Source of the DNA: Chrysomallon squamiferum | Lineage: Eukaryota > Animalia > Mollusca | Reading direction: 5' to 3' | Length of the DNA stretch: 64,000 nt | Assembly: GCA_012295275.1 (NCBI GenBank) | Contig: CM022671.1 | Span: 16,182,001 to 16,246,000, forward strand | Part shown: positions 54,356-64,000 of the stretch, one piece after another | Layout: every line of letters starts with the position of its first letter | How positions within the stretch are numbered: position 1 is the first letter of the stretch | Made by a program: the position numbers and the translations under genes | Notes under the pieces: generated by a model | What the model was told of the DNA's origin: nothing | What the model saw: the letters and a program-made list of their open reading frames with translations, nothing else | Databases searched by the model: none

Positions 54356-57300
54356 ATGTCCTAATTACATTAGCACAGTAGGAAACAAAGAGTGCATTCC
54401 ATCCCCCCACCCCATCCCGCCAGGTCTAAATAAAGTCTCATGGTCTGTTTGTAATTACAAGCAGCTGACCTTAAAACAATGGACCTCCATGTTTCCTACT
54501 GTTTCCAGCTGCAGTGGAAAACTGTGAGTGTGTAAAAATCTATCTGCATCAGCTTTGATGTCAGTAGGGGATTTCCCCACAAAGGATGCGATATGAGTGA
54601 TAGAGGAAAAGATATTCACATGGAAATTCTGACAGATATAATTAGACAAAGTTTGAATCGAAACTCATCACTGTCCCAGACTGAGTCATGACATTATCTT
54701 CACATACAGTGAATTAATATACAGAGACCATTGTGGTAAAAACTCATTACATCAATGAATCCATGTGACCAGAAACAAACTGGAGCAGTGAATTAAACCA
54801 CAATCATATTAATTAATTATTTGCTGGGAAAGTGAAGATTTCACAGACTTTATATAACAGAATCATCTTTGTTAAGAATTTGTAAGATATTTAACTGTAC
54901 GTAAACTCAAATAATATTGATATATATATATGGTATCATATAACAATAACAATTTTTAAAAAGTTATTAAATGATGTAAGTATATTATCTTAAACTGTAT
55001 GTTTAATTTTATATGTTTAAACTCTAGCAGCAACAGTTCTTTTTAAAAAGCAACTTTAAAAGAAATATGTGCACAACCTTCTTGCTTGAAACTGATATTT
55101 AGAAATGTTGAAAACATAAATGTTAATGTTTTTATTACATTATTTAAACGAGCTTTATAAGACCATGGAACCAGAAATCTTTCTGCCAGCAGGAATCTTT
55201 GTGAGATTGTTTAAAAACAAACCAGCTGAGAAAATTATGTCTGCAATGTTTTCAAGTCATGACACTAAGCATATACATATCCTCCAGATCCTGAAATAAT
55301 GTTATGAAAATTAAATTACTGCCAGTTTTCCATATTTTTTTTATAAGATAATTCTTCATTTTCTCAATAACATATTCTTCAGTTTCACTATATATTCCTC
55401 ACAAAACCATAAAAAGCTGCTAAACAAGAAAGTCCTGGAATTCCATTTGACACAAGGAGCGTGTAATTGTGGCTGTGTTTTGTCACATACCAGTAAGTAC
55501 AGCACATTTGACTACAATGGACTCTGGCACAGAAATGTGACAGCCAATACTTTAAAATAACCAAAACAATATGTTGTTAACTCAGTTCAACTGTTGCAAA
55601 TATGCTGCATGGAAACACATTTGTGTTTTGTCTACATACGTTCTTGGCATTCTTTTAATGAAAACAAAAATATCCTTGTTCAGCAAATTCATATGTTATA
55701 ATTATTATTTTTAATTAATGTTTAGACTGTTTATAATGAATTTAAGTTTTTTTAAACTTCTGAATGAATGAATGACCGATTGTTTAATAATATATTTTAT
55801 CAGATATCAGATGTCAAACATATGGTTTTATATATCATAATATAGCTTATATATGAGAAAGGAAATGCACAGAACATAACATCGCCTGATTTTACTGATT
55901 AGCAATAACATGTCATTTTATATCCACCTACCCTTAGGCAGGAAAACATATCACACCTTTTGGTAAGGCAGGTTGGTGTTGAGCAATGACAGAGGTAGGA
56001 AATAGATAAAACTGGACATGAAGAGGTTTTTGGCAACAGAGCTACAGGTCTCACCTCTGTAATGAGAAATACTTCAGGATAAGAAAAAAACTGATCACAT
56101 TGTCTTCTCACATTCCTCAGAATATCCTGGTACTCCTCCAGCACTGTGGTGGCTCCCACAACACTGTAACAGCACAAACTGCATGCAATCTGAACACCAC
56201 ATGATGCTGAGAAAAGGCAACACTAGGAGGAGATACCAAGGAGATTTAACCTCTCTGCTATCCAGTGTCTTACATACACACGTACATGTCAGAGACTGAG
56301 GTGCATTAAAGTGCTGAGCCCATCAAGCAAACCAGCAACGACAGCTATCTGTAGGTTTCAGCATACCTGAGCAATTGTTCTGACACTTGCAGCTTTCTGC
56401 TTCAGCAAAACACGGCTGGAAAATGAATCCTTCCCAGTGTTAGGTAACACCATATGTCACTGACCATATTATTTCAGTTTAATTGTGGGTTATCTTTAAC
56501 AGGTTTCAGTTATGAAAATTGTTCATGCACACCTCACATGAACATAACCAAGGATGTTTGGCAAAATAATGTGAACAAAAGGAATGTTTAATTTTAAACA
56601 GCAAGCAAAGCAATTATTTGTATTAAATCATTCATACATACATTCATACATACATACATACATACATACATACATGCACATACATACATAAATAAATACA
56701 TATTTCACTATCAAATCACTAATCTTGACAGTATTATTAATTTTATTGATGCTTAATTTCTTTCTTCTATTGATTCATTTCAACCATTCTGAAAAGGAGT
56801 TTTAAAACAATTTTTTTTAAGATATGGATTAGTTCAAAACTGATTTAAACACAAATGTAAACATATTTCTTTTACATTAAAGTTGGTATTAAATCTTGAA
56901 AACAAAATAAGAAATTGTTCAGACTGGATTTATTTTTTGTTTCCTTATGTCATACACGAGTATAAAAAAATAGGTGATAAGCTTATTTTTTGTCTTACAA
57001 CACAGACAAGTATAGAACATAAACAACTACTAGTATAATTCCACAGATTTTGAAACGAGAATACAGAGGAAGAGATAATTGAGATGCAACCACCATGGCC
57101 TGTTTCCGATCCTGACATTTAACAAAGAGATAAAACACAACATTTACCATCATTTCTAAATGTGGTCTTTGGCTGCAATTAACTGTTTGGCCCATCTCCA
57201 TTTAGCGTGTGTGTTATCGGCTTGTGTAAAAGGTTTTTCTCCGATAAACAGAGTGCTGGAACATGGCTTGCAATGTTACACAAGCTGGCAAAATCTGAAC

Positions 57301-59169
57301 AATAAACATTGTCATAGTACATTAAGATAAGAAGACCAACCAAGAAGAAATTGCAGAACTATTTGTGTCAAAGTCTACTGTTACCAAAACCCTGGGCACA
57401 TCATCAATCTTAGACTGGATGCAGGTATTGTGTTCACCTTACTCACAGATTATATAACAGAGAGCAAATCAGCAACACATACCAGGTAAATGAGATCATC
57501 AGAGTACTTCAGTCTTTATCTAATGCGTCTCAGTGTATAATTGTAAAGACAAATATTTTAGATTTTTTTTCTTAAAATTACTTTTAAAAATACAGTGATT
57601 GCAAAATAACACAAAAAGTCTACAGAAAATTAATCTCAAAAGATCCATCCATTTTGGAAGGAGAATCAAGCAGTAAAGCTTCATGGCCAAATGGAAAAAC
57701 ATCCAGAAGTTTTACATCTGAATGAGAATCAAGCACTAAGGTTCCATGTTCCATGGAGAACTGATCTCGGAACCTCCAGATCTGAATACATAATTTCTTA
57801 TTAATCAGCTTGAAACTGATGGTAAAACAATCTCTGCTGACACAAATCCAAACAGGAAGCTTTGTGGCTGTATGGGAAGTTACGCTTAAAGAATACAGTT
57901 CATATGAATGCACTGAAAACAACATCTGGTACAATAACAGGATGTTATCTGAAAGTCATGTGATATATCTCGTATGTTTTAACATAGCACTTATGTAATA
58001 CTGGAAAACAAAAAAATATTTCAGTTCTGTGTTATCTAGTACAGTTTGAAAATTTACCAGTTCAATGATTTACAGTTTAAAAAATATACCTGCATATTCA
58101 AATATAATTTAAAATTTACCAATTTTTATATTTTTGTATATCATTTAAAATTAAAATAAAGTTTACCTGACTGAAATAATTTTACCAAGAACTTTTTTTT
58201 AACTTATCATTTAATATAAACATTATTTCTGAATGAAAAATATTCTTCAGTTTTTGCATTATAGTATATATTTAACTTACAGTTTGTTTTTTTGAAGATC
58301 TTTTTTTTCTTCTCATTTGCAGGAATCATGATAAAGAAAATCAAATATCTGAAGTTTCATTCTTTTTTAGCACATGTGAAATAAACAAAAATGTGTTTTT
58401 AAAAAAAAATGAACACTCTCACAACAACTGATTTTCCCCAAGTAGAGACATTACTGAAAGAAACAGTTTTCCATTTAACAGAATCCAGAACAAAATATCA
58501 ATTACATGACCCTACAGCATCATGACAAGTAACAATGGATGTCTGCCCAGCATTCCTTTTTAAAGACATAAAAATTTGCATTACTCATAAAATTACAGCC
58601 ATTTTAAAATGTAACAGCAGTGCTGAAAAGCAGGAGATTAGGCTAAAATACAAAACATGCTCAAGAGTTTAAAATTGATTGCTTCCTCTAAGGGTGCTAA
58701 CACAAAGTCTTACAAAGTAATTGTTGTGTTATTGAGTAACAATGGTGGTCATGGATTGTTACAGCCAAACTGCAAATGTATTCATGCATATATTGAGAAA
58801 AAATCAATAAGAAAACAGCAGATGGAAGGAAGCACAATTACAATATTGCTCTGCCATTGACAATGCTAACCTCTGTATTGGTGGAACAAAGAGGAGTAAT
58901 TATTTTAAAATCAAAATTTTTATGTAATATCAATGATGTATATCAGATCTCCACAATTTGAAATAATATCAGTCTGTGGATAAGATAGTTTTTATCATTA
59001 TGACAACTGATTTTCAAATACTTTATATTATACTGCTGTGTGTCGGTCAAAATAAGAGCTATTTTATTATATGACAGCAGAACAACTAAAAAAGTAATCA
59101 ATATAAACAGCTAACTCAATATACCAAATGTTTAGAACAATTGTAATTTCTGTTAAAAAAAATTAATTT

Positions 59170-59630
59170 GTGACACTAAAATAACCCTAACCAGTTATCA
59201 AGACCAATCATATATTCAAGTATTATCAAACCAGCCATTTTGGTTCCACCTAATTGAGGGCATTGCAAGTGATAAACCTAATCATAATTCATTTCCAAGA
59301 CATTTTGGTTCCACCAAATTTAGGACACTGCAGTTAATATCAAACCATTAAATCTTAACCATTGTGTTACTGCCTAATTTGGAGCATTGCAAGCATTAAA
59401 TCTAACCATGATCCATTTCCAAGACCTATATTAACCCTACATATTTTCAAGCAACTCATTTTGGTTCCACCAAATTTAGGGCATTGCAGTTAATATCCAA
59501 GACATTAAACCTTAACCTTGGTTATAGCTATTACACTAAAGTAACACTAACCCAGTCATCAGAACCAGTCCTAACCTTAGCTCTTTTGCAAACAAGCCAT
59601 TTCGGTTCCACATAATTTAAGGCACTTGCT
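59170..59630. repeat. Degenerate tandem repeat
   Basis: cattttggttccaccaaatttagggcattgca recurs 4-5 times. Confidence 0.75.
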
Positions 59631-62292
59631 TGTTTTGACTGCAGCTAATGTATCACATGACTGTTACTGGATTGTTCACCAGTGCCACAGTGAAATTCAC
59701 CCCCACCCAAATTTCTTACATTTAACTGGGTGTGTCAACAATTATTTACCATGTTGTGCTAGATCTGTGACATTTCCCTCTACCCAGCAAATTAGTTTTC
59801 TTCATAACAGAAGAAATGTCAGCATTTGTTAACTTTTCCAATAACTGCCTCCCATTCTCGTGTTTCCAAACATGCTTGTGATGATTTGCTTGGCTGGACT
59901 AACAGAGACATGTCCTGTGATAACAAACCAACAGCTAATTAGCGGTGTTAATCACACAGTCCACAGGTGTACAACAACAAACACACACCAACACCTCAGA
60001 TTTAGTCCACACTAATCATACACCAGAATCCCAAGTTTAGCAAGTATGCCAGTACTCCAAACTTAGATGTCATTCACTAATCACAAACTTAGCCTTCACT
60101 AATCACTTACACCAGTATCTCCAACTTAGCAAGTATGCCAGTATTCTGTTATGCTAATGTAGCATGCAGTTACTCATCACAAAGTTAGCATTCACTCATC
60201 GTGAACATATACCAACATCTTAAACTTAGCTTCCACAAATCAAAAGAAGAACCAAAGCTTTGAAGGCTCTGATCACATATATATAATACACATATATACT
60301 AATATAATACACTAAACACAGTCTGCACTAATCAACATACAGATTTCACAGATATTATCTTTGTAAAAGTCGTCTGAATTTACTCAGAATCAAACTCACT
60401 CACACACACCCACCTACCCAATTTCAAAATCCATTAACTAACAAGCACATACACACATCATACACATTACACAGTACACATGCATAGAGACAAACATACA
60501 ACATTCCAAACTAATCAGAAACACCAATATGGCATGAATTTGTATACACTAATCCACATTTACACATAAACACATGCACCAACATTCCAAAATCAGCATG
60601 CACTAATCCCCAATATCTCTAACTCCATATCAAGCTTTCAGGTGCATCTTAGGAAGCACCCCAACTTGTGAAAATATTTGTATTGCATATGAAGCAAGCC
60701 ACTTCTGAGCAGCAGCTAAATAACACCATCTGTCATAACAAGTGATGGTTGTAGCCATTCCTAATGAAACTGTCCTCCAGTACTGTCTGACCCTATCCAA
60801 AACAGGTTTTTTTTTTTCGTTGTTTTTTTTCTTCTGTTTTCCAATATTATGTCTGACCCTTTTTTTCACTACAAGTCTGCCCTATCCAAAACAGTTCTTA
60901 TATTACAACAATATATTAAAAGCTAGTGTTGGTGTTGGACTCCATGTGTTTGTCTGTGTGTGCATCTTTTTCCAGAATTTTTAAATAAACAATAGTTATG
61001 TGTTAATGATAATTATTCTGTTGGTCTGTTTAATTATTTGCCTATTTTAATCAACACAAAAGCCCAATTTATCATCTTTTGAAATAATAATATGAGAGAG
61101 AGAGAGAGAAAGAGAGAGAGAGAAAAAAATGTTCCAACTGACATAATTTATATTCTCTAATTTTTCCCTAACACATAGATATTGTCCTCTGACCTATCAC
61201 AAAGATTTTAAAGATTGTAAAATATATTTTATAAAAATCATTAAACATTTCTATTTTTATTTTCCATTTTTTTTTTTTATCGGCAATTACAAATACACTA
61301 ACCAGGCTACATCACTGTGTACTTCTGACAGGGCTAACAGATTGATCTAAATAATCTAGATTACACAATCTGACCAAGAAGTGAAACCTTCATAACACAT
61401 TTAATGCTCAATTTACTGATTTTTCAAACTTGTCATGCTGCAGTTGTCTGCAACCAGAGGTAAAAGAAAAACAACAAACTCCAGCATGTTAATGTAATGA
61501 AGTTAAGTGTTATCTTGTTGGTTCCTGTCCAGAACACAATTACAGTGAGGTTCTTTTTTTTTTTTTTTTTCTTTAAAAACCAAAGAAAAATTATCTCTAA
61601 AGTTTAGCTGATGTAAAGTGATATCTCCCAGCCAAGGTTATTGAAAGCAAACAAAAAAATGTGATGTGAATAGTTCCGAATGCCTGTTTCAACATAATGA
61701 ACAGGTTATAAATGGATATGAACCAAACAACTCTGTTTTAGCTGTTTGATGAAAATTTATTTCTTTTGTTTCTCATTAAAATAAATAAACTAAGTCAGAG
61801 ACAGAGAGAGAGAGAGAGAAATTTACTACAGTTGATTTGTTATCTCATAATGTACTCAATGAAGGAAAGAAAGAAATAGTAGACATGACTGGTTTGCTTT
61901 ACACATTATCTATCATTTTTCTTTTGGAAATGCTTCAATTAAATCCAGGATTAAAGAAAGTAATAAAATGTTACAAAACAGTATTATATAAACGCCACCT
62001 AAGTGCAATACATACTATAACCTGAATTTTATCTACGTTTATCTCAATTCTAAGACTGAGTTTTCAAAGATCAAAAGGCTTGCTTTAATTTGTGTTTATT
62101 TATATAACAGTATTTCAGTGGTTACCTTAATGAATATTCATAGTTCTTAACAATATTAATACAAATACCATTTATTAACAAAAATAAAAATTAAGAAATA
62201 AAATTTTTAACAATAAATAAAATAAAATAATTTCAAAAATACCAAACTATAACTATTACTTCTTAAAACTTAAAATCATTTGCATTCTTCAT

Positions 62293-62353
<61 letters not shown>

Positions 62354-62619
62354 CTGTAGCAAAGAAACTAATTAATTTCTGGTCACAAAAGAAAATGTTT
62401 TAATTTTACATTATATAAATTAAAAAACACAACAATCAGATACAAAAGAATAGAGAAGAAAGAGACCAAAGCAAAGAAACTGACTCACAATTGATGTGTT
62501 AATTACTAAGAAAACAGACAATTAATTACAGGGTGGCAAACCTCCCACTCAGAACATCAATCATATTGCTGACTCAGTGCAAAGGAACAAGTGACCACTT
62601 CACATCCTCCTAATAAATA

Positions 62620-63180
62620 ACAATGTTTTACCAGTGTACAGCAGTTAGACTTCAGATAAATTACTCTAACACTGAATTAAATGCAGATGTTTTACATATT
62701 ATACAGTGGAGATTTCTAACACTGAAATAAATACAAACGTTTTACCATTATTCAGCAGAGAGAGTTTTAACAAATAATAAATACAAATGTTTTACCACTA
62801 AACACCAGTTCTAACACTGAAATAGATAAGAACATTTTACCACTAAACACCAGAGTTCTAACACTGAAATAAATAAGAACAATTTACCACTAAACACCAG
62901 AGTTCTAAAACTGAAATAAATACAAACATTTTACCACTAAACACCAGAGTTCTAACACTGAAATAAACAAGAACATTTTACCACTATATACCAGTGTTCT
63001 AACAGAAGAAATATATAAGAAGATTTTACCACTATATACCAGCATTCTAACACAGAAATGTATAAGAAGATTTTACCACTATATACCAGCGTTCTAACAC
63101 AGAAATGTATAAGAAGATTTTACCACTAAATACCAGTGTTCTAACACAGAAATAAATAAGAAGATTTTACCAGTACACAC
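62620..63180. repeat. ~47-bp minisatellite, ~12 copies
   Basis: Unit ttttaccactaaacaccagagttctaacactgaaataaataagaaca, with variants clustered along the array. Confidence 0.92.
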
Positions 63181-64000
63181 CAAAGGAAACCCGGCTGCTG
63201 TTCATGTCAGCTTTACTTCCATGTAGTCGCCAGAAACATGGGATGTGAACGTCAGTCATCACTCATTGTTTGGAGGCCATAAATTTCTCCATCTTACAAT
63301 ACAAGAAATGCATATGGCATGGATAATGTATTTGGAGTACAAAGGCCAGTCTGACAACAATGGACTAATCGGAGGAAGCATGCAACATCCCTAAATTTTT
63401 AAACAGTTCTAAACAATTACTTGTACAGTCATGTCTAGAACAGGAAAAAAAAAAAAAATATGACTAAGATTAAAAATTTACCAATAGCCGGTAATTCTTT
63501 ACTCTGTACAAAATGATTGTAGCTGTAACCTTAGCTGTGTTTAATTGATTATTAACTAGGGAAAAGATAATGTTTAAAAAGAAATCCTTTTTGAAATTCA
63601 CTATAACTTAGTTAAATTTTAATAACTACAAACTTCACTTAGCTTTAATAATTCACAGCTGATAAACTTTTAAAGAAAAATAAAGTTGATACTTTTCTTA
63701 ACAAAATAGAAGAAGAAAAGCTCCTGAGAAAAGAAAAAAGAAAGAATGAATGAAAGAAAAGAAAACAAAGAAAAAAGAAAAGAAAAGAAAATATATTGTA
63801 AAAAGAATGGAAAAAGAAAAACATTTTTTTTTTTTAAATTAGTATCATCAAGCATGTAAAGCCAGTGTCTATTTTAATATTACAGTTTTCAAAATATTTG
63901 TAAGTCTTCTCACATTTTAAACATGTTCTGAATATAGTTTATAGTGCAGTCTGTTGTAACGTTCAAATTACCTCTAATTGTAACACATGTAGCTAGTTGT

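Overview
AT-rich, microsatellite-rich eukaryotic (animal, probably molluscan-like) genomic DNA. It is dominated by one minus-strand plexin gene, which I reconstructed by hand as 34 coding exons from ATG 47156 to TGA 5591, about 1,934 aa, all with GT-AG introns. Domain order is signal peptide, Sema, three PSI, IPT/TIG repeats, TM helix, then the split plexin RasGAP domain with RBD. Exon phases chain correctly except for two single-base frameshifts (one base missing at ~46353-46358, one extra at ~13986-13992), most likely assembly errors. Most notable: (1) a young in-frame 27-bp repeat at a furin-like RLKR site creates five KR-flanked peptides (SVWSSPS x4, SAWNSPS), a neuropeptide-precursor-like cassette in the ectodomain; (2) a candidate GC-AG intron in the last exon would swap the C-terminus from ...KIAYV to ...FFEELMGDVL; (3) degenerate tandem copies of an exon/donor junction, mostly with dead donors; (4) a uORF-dense 5' leader. 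The first 5' UTR exon and promoter were not located. Most other ORFs in the supplied track are spurious. No database searches were possible, so family calls rest on recalled motifs.
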